A stretch of 64,000 bases of DNA from Chrysomallon squamiferum (Eukaryota > Animalia > Mollusca), in assembly GCA_012295275.1 (NCBI GenBank), contig CM022668.1, positions 14,198,001 through 14,262,000 on the forward strand, in the 5' to 3' direction. The position numbers and the translations under genes were made by a program. Shown piece by piece: positions 10,535 to 23,992 of the stretch. Under the pieces are notes generated by a model. The model made no database searches. It saw nothing but the letters and a program-made list of their open reading frames with translations, and was not told the origin of the DNA. Each line of letters starts with the position of its first letter. The stretch's first letter is position 1.

Positions 10535-13500
10535 TTAGGTTTCAAAATAATCCTCATCAATCGGTGGCTTAGGTCTTCTTCTGTGAGATTTCCTTTCATG
10601 TGGAATTTTCAGCTGTCTTGTAAGTAAAGCAGCTAAACGGTTTCTAATTGATGTTACTGTGAATGCATCTGATTCTTCTGCCTCTTTGATATTTTCACTG
10701 TAGTTTTCAGCATCAGTATTTGACAGCGCCTCTGGTGTTTGCTGCACGCTTTTAGTTTTATCTTCTACTGGTGACACGATTTTTATTTCGTTTTGTACTT
10801 CTTGAATGTTTTTTATTTCATTTTCTTCCTGTTGAATGGTTTTTATTTCGTTTTCTACTTGTTGAATGCTTTGTATTTTATTTTCTACTTGTTGAATGTT
10901 TTTTATTTCATTTTTTACTGCTTGCGTGCTTTCGAGCTCCTCAGCAGGTTCCTCGGTTTCATCTTCTGCAGTTGGAAAGCTTAGAATTCCCACTGGATAT
11001 AATCTGTTTTTAACAGCTTTGATAAACGATGCCTAAGGTCAGATACGCTAGTTTCATCCTCTTGCGAATTCTCAACATTTTCAGTTGGCACTTCGACGGT
11101 TTGAACAATTTTCTGCGTGACAACTTGTACCTGTGTTTCAGGTTCTGGTGCACTGTCCAGTTTTTCAAGATTCATTTCCAGGAGTTTCTTTAAATATTCA
11201 ATTACTGCCGTTACATTGGTTTCATCTAGTTTATACCCATCTATAACCGGAAGTTTAATTCTTTTAATTATCTTTTCTCCAGTCTGTTTGTATTTGTGAT
11301 CTCCGATATTTAGACGAACTCCCCGCACCGATATAATTGCAGATCCATTTTCAATACGAATTTGTGCTTCCCTTCCGGACTTTTCCTCTCCTTCAAGTAA
11401 AAGAGCAACAAGGAAATTCACAAACTCATCAACATGATCAACTTTCTTCACTTTTCTTTCTTCTGCCTTTTCTGGGGGAAGTTTTTTCCGCAGTATGTTA
11501 GCCAGACGTTCTCTTGTTAATGTTTTTTCTGATTTCACAGTTTGGTTATTCATACCACCTTTATGTTGCTTTTTGTCCTCTGACAGTTTCAATCTCGATT
11601 CTAAAATCGTTGCTAAACGTTCCCTTAATTCTCTGTTTTTTGATTTCCTCACTTGCTGTTTTATTGGATATTCATTAGTTGTTCTATTTGTTTGTGCTAA
11701 CGGCACATTCTCTCCGATTATTCTTGAATGAAGGGATTTCATTTTCTTCAATAAGTCATTCATCGTTTTCCTCTGTCTTTCTCGTTTTTTCAAAGATTTC
11801 AATTTCTTTTTCATGGCTTTAGCTATATACACTCGTTCAGCTAATTTCTTACGTTTTTTATCTCCTGTTAATTTCTGAGGCAAGGTTAATGTTTGAACTA
11901 ATTTAATCTGTGGCTGTTCTTCTGTTTCCTTTTCTTCTTTCTTTACTAACTTGCGAAGGTGGTAATTTCTTATCTTGTGATGATGTTTCCTTCTTAATTC
12001 GATGCTTTTCAGTTTTTCTCTCAGCACCAGTGCTAATCTTTTTCTCAGTTTCGTCCTACTATGTTTTCTAATTATTACTGGATAGGCAAAACTGTTCGTT
12101 GGTGAAAGCGTTACCTCCTTTTTCCTTTTAACATGTCCCTGCTTTTTGCCGTCCGATACCAGTTTCATTAGTTTCAGAATCCTTTTTATTATCGGGTTCT
12201 CCGATTCGTACCTAACTTTTTTCCGTTCCTTTTTTCTATTTGGATTGAGTCTACTTTTCAAATATGATGCCAAATGTTTTCTGTATTCAATTAATTTTTT
12301 TTTCGAAGTTTTAGTGTTTGGTTTCTTCGAATTAGGTAAAGTAACAAGAGTGGTAATCTTGATTTCATTCGATTCTGGATTCTTTATTTCTGTTGGTTTC
12401 TTGTGTTTTTTGCGATTTTTCAAGTGTTTACTCTTTAATGGCTGTATGAATCTGAAATGAGTTAGTGGTTCGTCTACATCGTTGATTTCCTTCACTTTGT
12501 CCACTGTCAGCTCAGTATCAAGTGAGTGACTGACATTTGTCGAGTTTTGATTATTGCTGTTCTCCACGTACTCAACCAAACCGTCATCATCTTCTATACT
12601 GATGTCTTCATTACTGCTGACTTCAGTCATTGTTTTCTTGGTCGTAACATTGTTGCTGACTGACTGGTTCATATTTATGTGAATGGTGCTTTTTATTACA
12701 AGTGAGTTTTTCCCTTTCTCCTGTTCCAGTGTATTTGAGATCACAGACGTTTTTGTGTTCACCGTACTATTGTGCAGCGTGTCGTCACGATCAACATCTT
12801 GATTTGGGTCATCGGTGTTGGTCGCATTCATGCTGAGACCCGAGTCTTCAGCGTGTGTGATGATGGGAGTCGCATCGATGCCTTCGTTTACGGTTCTAAT
12901 GCTGCTGTCGATTTTCTTTCTCGTTATCACATCAGCGTTTGTAATGAGGTTCATGATATTACTGACAACATCTTGACTTCTGTTTACTGATCGATCAGAT
13001 GGAGCCGGTGTAGCCGGTGGAGCAGGTTCATCTTCGTAATCCATTTCGTAATTATAACCGTCAGGATCTTCATCCAAGTGATTGTATCTGATAGTAAAAT
13101 TTGCACGTGTGTTTCCTTGCTGTGTGGATTCTTCCACTGACCGAATGTTCCGTCTCAGTTTTGGTGGAGATGTGTCTTTGGCTGTTTGCTGTGACAAAAT
13201 TTCCTCTGTTTGGTGTTGTGCTTTTTCTTTATGGATTTCCACAGTCTCTTCTTGTGTCTTGGGTTTGGTGTGTAACAAGGTTTCAATTTTCGTTAAAATA
13301 GGCCGTTGTTCTGATAGTAGTTTCCGTTCAAGAATATGACGTTTATTTTCTAGAATTTGACGCCATCTTGACATTTCGTTTCTGGACTTGGGTTTATCTT
13401 CCGTTACATCCTTCCTCCCACTGGACATTGTTTTGCCTGATGTTCCGGGCATGTAGTTCACCATTATTTCGTGTAGTGTTTTGGGTTCGTGTTTTTTCAC

Positions 13501-14101
13501 CTCATCCATTTGTGACACTACGTTGTCATGTTTTGTAGGGGTCTGTAATGTTATCGGCATGTAGTTCAACAGTATTTGGTGTAGTCTTCTGGGTTTATGG
13601 TTTTTAGTCTGATCCATGTGTGACTCGGTAAGGCTAGTTCCTGATGGAATATCCTCTTGTCCGATAGGCTTGTTTTGTAAGCCACTTGGCCGCTGTGACC
13701 GAATTTTCATGATAGTTTCACTTTGAGACATTAACTTGTCTAGTGTCTTGGCTTTCTGGTCTATCATGATTCTATCGTCCTCCCTTGTCTCGCCAATCTG
13801 CTGTGGCTTGGTCAGCTTTGGCATCGGAGGATTTTCTTTAAGATGTTCCTGTTTTTTCTTTGCCATGGTAAACATGGGCTAAAAGAATAAGTTAAATAGT
13901 AGTAGTGTTTATTCTGATAGAGTCCCGTGTCCTTAATATTATATTTAAAATAAATAAATGAATAGTCTGATGGATCAAGCAGTATTAAGCTGAAATGTTC
14001 TATAAAAATCAATAAATAACAGAATAACTTTTTAACTAAACGATATCAATAGTAATAATAATAATAATTGCAGTGATAATGACAACAACGTCGACAATAA
14101 G

Positions 14102-14166
<65 letters not shown>

Positions 14167-16991
14167 CTGCAATATATAATAATAGAAATATAATAACAGT
14201 AACAAAAATGAATTTTATAACAGCAAAAAAATTATCCATAATTAAATTGTATGTAATGTTGTTTCATATACATGCACAACCCATTCACGGACTGAAAGAT
14301 TACAAATCGGAAATAAATTTTACAATTATGGGAGACTAGGCCTCTAACAATTAACCGTGTAGAAATTATTTTCTTTTCGTTTCCTTTATTTTTTTTTTTT
14401 TGTCTGGTTATTGTTTTTGATTAACCTGATCTACCACTGACGTCATAGTGCTTACGTGTTACGCGCGAGTTTTGAAGCTGTCCAAGAAATGCTCTCTGAT
14501 TTGCAACAATCAACTTTTTACATACAGCTGAAGTCTATTTATTTTCAAAGATAATCACTGTGATATGTAATTCTGAAAGCGTTTAGAAATATGATTACAT
14601 CTGAATGAGCTGGCAATTGCTGATTGTTCAAAATAAAAAATGAAAGCAGACTGTAAAGGGGCAGATCGGGCCGGGACATGTACAGTTGTAGTAATTCAGT
14701 TTCTGATACCAATGAAATGGTCAACTGGACATTTTAAAAAATATATATATAAGTTATTTAAAAATCCGACAAAAACTAGCAAACAAAAAACTTTTTATTT
14801 ATTTATTTATTTATTTATTTATTAGCAGATGGGGAGGACATACCTCAATAAGGGCAGTCGAAGTCAGGTGTTATGTAGAATTATAGAATATTATAGAAGG
14901 AACATCGCTGCAAAAAAACAGCTGATGCTTTTCATGTTCCGGGACAGACGTTAAGACGTGCCGCCGTTGAGAAAAGGCAACGTGGCCAAGAGTTGACATT
15001 TTACCCACAAAGCTGTAAGACGTGGCTCATTTTGACCTAGCCAGAGGAAAATGTCGTGAAAATCATTAGCGTTTGTCTTATTATAGGCTGTGTTGTGTCT
15101 ACGCTTGAACGTACTGGTTTTGTCCTTGAGTATATTCAACATGTGTATAACACGTTTTTTCTTCTTTTTGTGGGGGAGGGGGCTGTTTTGTTGTTGTTGG
15201 GTTTTTTTTGACGTTTTTATAAAAGTGAAACGTGTTTTCCAGTCTAACAGTCATTTTATGTGGAGGAAAAACAAAGAAAAACGACCAACACCCCCCAAAA
15301 AAACCCAGATGGACATAACTATATATACATATGACGGGAATCACTTTCGTTTTCTCTTCATTACTCGATTTATGCTGTCGGTTTTGATTTAAATGTTTAT
15401 TAGTTACATTGCAAGTTATTTTCAAATAACTCAGTTTTGTGCTTATTTCAGAGTATTTATTTTGTGTATGATGCACTGTCTTTAGCTGCCCCCCATGGCT
15501 GACCCAACCTTCTCCAACCTTCTCCAACCCGGGGAATGTTGGGCCAGTTTGGATACGTGTCTTTAGTCATTAATAATTAAATGATCACAACAAATCAGGA
15601 TATTTCAAGCATTTGTGATTGCATCTAAATAATGAAAGTTTGTTTTAAACCACGACGAGGGTTTGTTTTTCAGTCTGTATCTGAACTGGAGGTTAAAAAT
15701 GCCAAAACGTGTCCCACCCTGCCCCGGTCACCCCTCTATTGTAAAATGGATGATACTAACTACAATACTTGTAAAATATACACGTACATTAAAACTACCA
15801 TTAGTTTAACATCTACCATTTTAATAAAGTATTTATATAAGCCTTCTACAACCCCCCCCCCAAAAACAACTTTTAATTTATTTTTTTGTGAAATGACTGT
15901 ACCATCAACCTATTCAAAAGAGAATAAATAACTGCTCCCTCGAATTTTAATTTATGCATACGTGAACGCATGCGCAAACTATAGTAAAAGGAAGTTGAGA
16001 AAGGCGTTGAATTCGATTTGTTTGAATTCAGATGAAAGATCATCCGAGATTATACAAATTAAATGTGGGTGATGTTTCCACAGAAGGAATATTTTTGATA
16101 TCGAAGAAAGAAGTCAGCTGCAAATCTCGAGATGTGATGTTAGAGAGAACGCCGTATACACAAACTGAAGAGTTGTTTCCCCTTGACCGCATGGTTATAA
16201 AGGGAGTCTTTTAGGCTTATAAAAAATATGCATATCTACAACAAATACATCATATTACTAATGTGAGACCAGTTCAAGTTCTGTTTCTGAGGAAAATCTA
16301 AAAATGGCTATTTGCATTTGAACAATTCTTACATGGTCGTTGTAGATCGAGACAGCAAAGAAAAACAGGAAGGGAAACTAAAGAATGGAGATAGGTTGCT
16401 GAAACCAAATAAATAAATTTGCCAGCTTTTGAAACGGAACTAAAATTATCAATTTCTGCCAGCAACAGTTTTGTCTCAAAGTAGTGTTCAGTGCAGGAAA
16501 AATACGTCTCGTTAAAACGTTCCATGAGTTTTCATATAGAGGAGAATTGACTGGAAATTCTACATTGACGATTTTGAAAATTAATGATCTTTCCAGACTT
16601 AAATGTGCCAGAGGATAAGCAGACAAACATTTTTGTTAAAAGTGAATTAATTGTATGTAACCTTTTTTCTTTTCTTTTTTTCTTATTATTTTTCTCTTTT
16701 CTTTTTTCTTTATTTATTTTTTGTTGTTGTTGTTGTTGTTGTTGTAACGAAGTGTCTCTTCAACTAATGCTAATTGTTATAAAATTTAAATTTTGGAGAT
16801 TGTAAAAAAATATTTTCAAATTACGTTCAGTTTTTGAATTAATTTTTTAAAATAATTTACCAACATGAAGTGACATTCGAGATAAAAAAAAAAAGATAAA
16901 AAACAAAATAAATTGTTGCACAATCATTACTAATAATTTAATTTATTTATTTATTTATTTATTTATTTATATATTTATTTATTTATTTATT

Positions 16992-17060
<69 letters not shown>

Positions 17061-17856
17061 TGATTAATTTTATTACTTAAAAACAAAATAAATACTATAA
17101 AGGTACCCACAGTAGCTAAACATAAAATTAATGTAATTTTAAAAGATAAGCAATAAAGGTGTTATAGGCCATGTTCATTAACTTTTTTTATTTCTTAAAT
17201 TATTTCAGACATTCTCGTAATACACCTTTTTTCTTTTTTGCATTCCTATTTATAGTCGGTTACTTGTTTCTGTATAATGTATAACATTAGAAACAGTTGC
17301 ATAGTTGTTATGAACACAACACAACAATACGTAAATAAATAATTTAATTAATTACAACAGTATTAAATTTTAAAAAGAAAGAAAAACGAGAAATGGAAGT
17401 GCAAAAGTTAATTCTGATCACAATTATTCAATCACTGACAGATTAACACACATACACATACACGCGCACGTTCGTTTCATTACAAATGTCACATAATGTT
17501 CAGATGAAGGGGACTGCACCGTTTTGTTATTTACAGAGGCACTACACTAAATTATTTATCAAGAAAAAAATTGAATATTTTAGCTGTTGTTATTTAATAT
17601 TACTACTTTAACTCAATAAACAATAGTAACAAAGACAAAAACGAAAAAAATCTGCAGTTCAAAACTGAATCTGTTAAAAAAAAAAAATCCGGAGATTCAA
17701 ATTGGTCACAGTTTTGTCATTCTGCCCCTAGAGATCACACATTTTTAGTTAAATCTAAGAACTTTGTAAAAAAATTAAAAAAAACAACCTTACCATTGCA
17801 GATGCCGGTTCCAAAGGAGGAACAAGCAAAAAGAACAATAAAATGTTTATAAACAT
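10535..17856 (-). CDS. Gene B: secreted low-complexity repeat protein, complement join(17856..17794,13878..10535), with a 1-nt frameshift near 11005-11011
   Basis: Exon 17856-17794 encodes MFINILLFFLLVPPLEPASAM followed by a GTAAGG donor. The acceptor TTCTTTTAG precedes 13878, in frame with the 964-aa ORF. ORF 10535-10993 is the continuation, by comparison with paralog F (RLSKLLRNRLYPVGILSFPTAEDE). Length is 986 aa as read, or ~1135 aa if the frameshift is repaired. Confidence 0.75.
14655..15738. mobile_element. Degenerate non-autonomous DNA-transposon-like insertion in the gene B intron
   Basis: A GC-richer block bounded by imperfect inverted ends (AAAGGGGCAGATCGGGCCGGGAC ... GTCCCACCCTGCCCCGGTCACCCCTCTA). 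It is not evident in the homologous intron of E. Confidence 0.35.
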
Positions 17857-18305
17857 CGCTATTATAAGCAAAACCTTCATTGCAATCGCGTTGCTAATGA
17901 ACTTTCTGTTTATTTCTGATGACGTCACACAAAGATACAGCGAAAATGATTTCCGAATGTTTCCGGGATTAGCTGATACTGTCCGTCTGGTAACTTTGAT
18001 TAAAAGTGTTTATACTTAGTAAATAATGTATTTGTTTTTTAATTTTATATCTTAAAACCCTTGGATATATATTTATATATTTCAGCCTATATAGCATTTC
18101 CACCCCACCCCATTATTATTACTGTTATTGTTGCTGTTGTTTTATTTTATACTCTTTAAATAGAACCAGTAACAGTGATAATATTATCTACTTCCGGAAA
18201 CGTAAGGAATTAATGTTCGTGATAGCCGAATGACGTCATCGGATGTAAACAAAATTAATTAGCAATGCCTTTATAACGAAAGCTGGATGAAATAATTACC
18301 ATACT
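17857..18305. promoter_or_regulatory. Divergent (head-to-head) promoter region of genes B and C, with mirrored CRE-containing modules
   Basis: The start codons are 450 bp apart. Perfect TGACGTCA sites lie at 17920-17927 and 18231-18238, 64 and 68 nt from the respective ATGs. Each has CCGGAAAC upstream and TAAACA..ATTAGCAA downstream in its own gene's orientation. Confidence 0.65.
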
Positions 18306-19659
18306 ATGGTCGCAAGCATCTTCTTGCTGTTTTTTCTCGTTTGTGCTTTGGAATGCGCATTCCCAGTTGTAAGTTAATTATAACCTTTTAGACTTAAACG
18401 TAACTGCATTTTGGGAGGGAGCAGCTAATGCAACAAATACATAAAAAAAAAAAAACAACAACAGTGAGATAATTTTTAAAAGTAAAAAATACAAAAGAAT
18501 TATTTTTTCACTTCCATATCATTATTGTCGTTAATATTGTTTACAGCCAGTAGTGACACAGGACCTAAATGAGATACAGCAGAAAGATAAGAATCTAGAG
18601 GAAATTATGTCACAAGAACAAAGTGCGACAGAACAGAAAGATTACAGTCTAGATGAAATAGCGTCACAAGGGGAAAGTGAGGTAGAACAGAAAGATAACA
18701 GTCTAGAGGAGATAATGACACAAGGGCTTGGTGAAACCGAACAAAAATATAACAATATAGAGGAAATAATTTCACAAGAGCAAATGGGATTGGAACAAAA
18801 CGAGAATCTTGAGGAAACAGTGTCAGAAGGGCAAAGTGCGATAGAACAAAAAGATAATCTTGAGGAAACAGTGTCAGAAGGGCAAAATGATATAGAACAA
18901 AAAGATAATCTAGAGGAAAAAGTGACAGAAGGGCAAAGTGCGATAGAACAAAACGAGAATCTAGAGGAAACAGTGTTAGAACGGCAAAGTGCGATAGAAC
19001 AAAACGAGAATCTAGAGGAAACAGTGTCAGAAGGGCAAAGTGCGATAGAACAAAAAGATAATCTAGAGGAAACAGTGTCAGAAGGGCAAAGTGCGATAGA
19101 ACAAAAAGAGAATCTAGAGGAAACAGTGTCAGAAGGGCAAAGTGCGATAGAACAAAACGAGAATCTAGAGGAAACAGTGTCAGAAGGGCAAAGTGCTATA
19201 GAACAAAAAGATAATCTAGAGGAAACAGTGACAGAAGAGCAAAGTGCGATAGAACAAAAAGATAATCTAGAGGAAACAGTGACAGAAGAGCAAAGTGCTA
19301 TAGAACAAAAAGATAATCTAGAGGAAGCAGTGTCAGAAGGGCAAGATACGACTGAAGTGGAAGATAACTATCTAGAGGAAGTAGTGACAGAACGGCTAAG
19401 GTGGATACAACCAGAAGATAACAGGTTAGGTGAAATAACAGTTGAACGCCAGCTGGTGATAGAACTGGAGCCTTACACAGTAGAGATAATAGTGACGAAA
19501 CCGCCGTTTTCCAAACTAGATAACATAACCTCGTATCTGGACCACATGTTCAAAAAGAAAGGTAAGGTACTAAAGGAAACGAAGACGCGCCGTGGGGGAA
19601 ACGTGACAGTGGAAGAAACAGTGTGGTTTCTGGAACGAGAGAAGGCAACCGAACCTTAG
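18306..19659 (+). CDS. Gene C: secreted Glu/Gln-rich tandem-repeat protein (~391 aa), join(18306..18368,18547..19659)
   Basis: Exon 18306-18368 encodes MVASIFLLFFLVCALECAFPV followed by GTAAGT. The acceptor TTTACAG precedes 18547, in frame with the 368-aa ORF. The body is made of 17-18-aa repeats (NLEETVSEGQSAIEQKD) and ends in a short, partly basic C-terminus. Confidence 0.8.
18790..19345 (+). repeat. Coding 51-bp tandem repeat (~11 near-identical units), flanked by diverged 54-bp units
   Basis: The unit AATCTAGAGGAAACAGTGTCAGAAGGGCAAAGTGCGATAGAACAAAAAGAT is repeated head-to-tail in frame. Confidence 0.9.
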
Positions 19660-19975
19660 CCAAGTAGACTGGCAAATACAGCATAATTATTATAAAAGTT
19701 AATCATGAGACACGGGAGATAACCTGATTGATACTTAATAAAATGATAATACAGACAGTTAAGAAATTAGTAGAACTGTTGTCGTAAAGAATGATGATCT
19801 ATATTTTTTTTTTTTTTTTTTATATAAATAAATTTACATATTTAATTAATACTTGTTCTTATCTTGTTTCTTTTATTTTTGTTATTTTATATATTTATTT
19901 ATTTTTTTTTTTTTTTATATTTATCATGATTTGGAGGTGTAGGTTTGAGTTTTCTTCTAAAAACTTTGTTCAGTC

Positions 19976-20505
19976 TCAGATTTTCAGTTTCCTTTTCAGT
20001 AAAGCAGCTAAACGCTGTCTAATTGATGTTAGGATAAATGTATCTGATTCTTCTGCCTCTTCTTCTTGTATACTTGATGAAGTGTCAGATTCACTGTAGT
20101 CTTCACCATCGTTATTTGTCAAGGCCTCTGATATTGGTTGCATTATTTCAGTTTTGTCTTCTACTGATGACATGCTTTGTATTTCATTTTCTAATAGTGG
20201 TGTACTTATTTCATTTTCCATTGGCGGTGTGCTTATTTCATTTTCTTCTTGTTGTGTTCTCATTTCATTTTCTATTGGTGGTGTGCTTATTTCATTTTCT
20301 ACAGGAGGCACTCTGTCAATTTCATCTGCTGGTGGCGTGTTTTCCAGCTGATCTTCAGCAGGTAGTATGGCTTCAGTTTCATCTTCTGCAGTTGGAAAGC
20401 TTAGAATTCCCACTGGATATAGTCTGTTTCTTAACAGCTTTGATAAACGTTCTTTAAGTTCAGTTACGCTAGTTTTATCCTCTTGTGAATTCTCAACATT
20501 TTCAG
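19976..20505 (-). pseudogene. Fragment F: 3' end of a B/E-family gene (open frame, possibly a terminal exon)
   Basis: ENVENSQEDKTSVTELKERLSKLL...TSIRQRLAALLKRKLKI* matches the C-termini of B and E. Homology stops at ~20505. Confidence 0.65.
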
Positions 20506-20806
20506 CTGAATCAGTAGGACAGGGAAACAGATACACAGATAGGCAGACAGAGAACATCAATTTAAAAACATTAACTCTTACTAAATTCCGTCAATAACTA
20601 AGTTAGTAGTACTTTTCCGAAAGTATTTTTAAAATTCTGACCTCGGGGTATCAGTAAACGACACTTCGCCGAAATATATATATATTTTCTCAGAAACAGA
20701 AGTGTTTTGCCACACATTTTATAAAGCAACAGTAACTAAGGTACATACACACAATAATATATTAGATCTTTGCATATCAGATGTTACGTATCGGTGCGAT
20801 TATAAA

Positions 20807-20918
<112 letters not shown>

Positions 20919-21388
20919 TATTACAAGCCTTTTCTAAAGGCAGTCTTCGCCGAAATATATATATATATATATTTTTTTTTTTTCTTCTTCTTCTTAGAAA
21001 CAGAAGTGTCTTGCCAAGACTTTTGTAAAGCAACAATAAGTAAACTATATTCACGCAGAATAATATATTAAATAAACAGATCTGTACATTCTCACACGCT
21101 TTCAAATGTCACATATGAATACGTTTATAAAGAACTTAATACATGAATTAGTCGTAGTGCCCACTTCGCCATAATTATTTTTACAATTTTATTCTTGGGA
21201 TGACCTGATAGAAAATATGAACACGACACCTTTTTTCACGTTCCTAGCACTGAAAAGCAGTTTTCAGAGAAATACATTTTTCCTCAGGAACAGAAATGTC
21301 TAAATAAGTAAAAAAAATAAATTACGTACACAGAATAACAACAACAATAGTAATAATAATAACAACAACAATAATAATAATAATAATA

Positions 21389-21419
<31 letters not shown>

Positions 21420-23065
21420 TTTATTTGTATTATTTAGTGTGTGTATCTGTCTATTTTGGTACGCTTAATAGTCTAAGACAACAATTTCAAGTAATATATT
21501 TGTTCAAACAAAAACTAATGCAGTGATATATCATACATTTCTCTGCAAGCTTTTTTTGACAATTACACTTGTTTCAGTTTCTATGTAACTAAATTACTCA
21601 TGTATTTATGAAACAGAGAGAGTTCAGCCATTACAAAACCGTCCATGTTAAATGTGTTGTATTTTATACTACATGTGGTTTGTATGGATGCTTGTATGTA
21701 TGTATGTATATATGTATGTATGTATGTATGTTCGAAGAAATATATAGATCTACTACTGCTATGACAAAAATACGTTTATTACATCATTACTTTAGTTTAA
21801 AACCTGTAATGTACACACGAATTCAAAGTATTAATATATGTTATGTCACACTCTGTTTGCTCGTTGTAATTTATTTATGAATGATACTTGATCAGATAGT
21901 TAATAAAGCTGTTAACCAGTAAATGAAAATACATTTTCCTCAGGAACAGAGCTGTTTTGTCAACCTTTATATATAGACACACAAACACACACGAGCATAC
22001 AAATAAACACACAAACACACACGAACATACAAATAAACACACATAATGCATCCCTTTGTCATATTTTTGGTACAAACATGTGAGAAATACTTTGACCTCA
22101 TAAACAGAAGTGACTTGCCAACCATTACACTAAAGAACAAAGATTAGTGTGTTGTGTTTGTCGTTAAGAAGACATGATAAGCTCACTTTGTCCTGAATTG
22201 AAATTAGTTTTGTGATTTTTTTACACTGTGTAAAAGATAATGTATGGTTTCAAGAAGACTCTTCAAATTTAATTAAATTGTATAATGATAAATAATTAAA
22301 TAAACAAATTAATTAATTAATGAAAATATTTTACATAGTACAGAAAAAAAAAGAGTTACTAGTGGAGTTTCCTTTCTTCTTTGTTTTTATTAGGTTAGAA
22401 ATTTATTTCATAATAAATTTCACAGTCAAATATTTACCAACACTTAAATGACAAGAAATATGACCAGAGATTTTTCACGTTACTAGCACTGATAAGCAGT
22501 TTTCGGAGAAATACATTTTTCCTCGGGAACAGAAGTGTCTTGCCAAACCTTTTATAAACCAACAATAAGTAAACTATATTGACATAATGATATATTAGAT
22601 AAACAGTACTTTACGTGTTGACACGTACCAAATGTCACAAATCAGTATGTTTATAAAGAACTAAACAATGTCTTAACTCCACTTATGCACGCTGTATTTT
22701 TAGTTATCGCTCATATAACAAAAAGAAAGGACGAGTTTTTTTCTTGTAGTTCTCAAGTGAATCGGGTTTTTATTGATGATGACGTTTTATAATCTTTTGA
22801 CCTCATTTTCAAGAGATTTGTATGACTATTATTTCAATTAAAATTGCTTTTATTTATTTATTTATTTATTTATTAATTTGTATGTATATTTGTTTGTATG
22901 TTGTATTTTGTTTATTTGTTTATTTTTGTTAGTTTATTTATTTATTTAGTAATTTATTTATTTATTTGTATATATATTTATTCATTTGTATGTTTGTTTA
23001 TATGTTTGTTTAACTATTTATTTTATTTTATTTTATTTCCTTCCATTTCTTCTTACATAATATGG

Positions 23066-23120
<55 letters not shown>

Positions 23121-23992
23121 TAATAATAATAATAATAATCATAATTAATAAATAAATAAATAAATAAATAATAAAAAAGACTACTTGTTGGGCCAGATGT
23201 CGGGAAGCTAGACTGAATGTTCGACCGATCGTAACAAGCTGTATTTGGTGATATACGTTTTCCTCAGGAACTGAGATTGTTTGTCAACTCTTGTATAAAG
23301 CAACAGAGAGTAGTACTCTGCTGTATTTATCGTGAAACGGCTACCACAAACTAATAATGCGCTGAAAAGTCCTAACCGACTTCAGATATGAGATTTTATT
23401 AACGTTGCTTCGTGTAAGATGTTACAAATATTATTAAATTTCAATAAATAAATAAATAGATAGAGAAAGAAATCAATTAAAAACAAAAGTAATAAATATA
23501 AGATAAGTAAAAGATATTTTAACATGATCAAAATCTCGTGAAGTTAATCAAAATTAACATGTTTTTAGTGTTTTTTTCTTCTTTATAGTTTTGAAACTTA
23601 TTGGATAATGGTATCTCAAATGCCAGAATTCTTGATTTAATGTTATATTTCTTTAGTTATAAACTAAAATTACTCTGGAATCTCATCTTCGTTATATAAA
23701 AAAGGTTGCTCCATAAAAATTGCTTTTTTGTGGACAATCATTATAGACTGGATATATTTATAGATATACACAGACAGACAGGCGGATGCTACTCACTTTC
23801 CCTGTTACTGTTGGTTTGATCATCAGCAGTTACGCTATACCCGACAAGCTCTGTGACTTCCTTGGCTGTGGTGCTAAATGGGTAGAAACTAAATCGTCCA
23901 TTGATACATTTCTCCAACATTTCACAACGGTTTTCTGGATTCCTGTTGGTACTGAAGCTTTGTTTCATTGAATATTCAGTATCACAACTGTC

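Noticed and set aside
11000-11016. Programmed -1 ribosomal frameshift at G_TTA_AAA in gene B
   Set aside because: The slippery site is imperfect and paralogs are simply in frame here. An indel or sequencing error is more parsimonious.
14438-14445. Additional perfect CRE (TGACGTCA) in the gene B intron
   Set aside because: It lacks the flanking CCGGAAA and TAAACA context, and a lone 8-mer is expected by chance in a window of this size.
18790-19345. Regular 51-bp repeats (and 27/30-bp repeats at 39-40 kb and 49 kb) as CRISPR arrays
   Set aside because: They are head-to-tail in-frame coding repeats with no unique spacers, no cas genes and a eukaryotic context.
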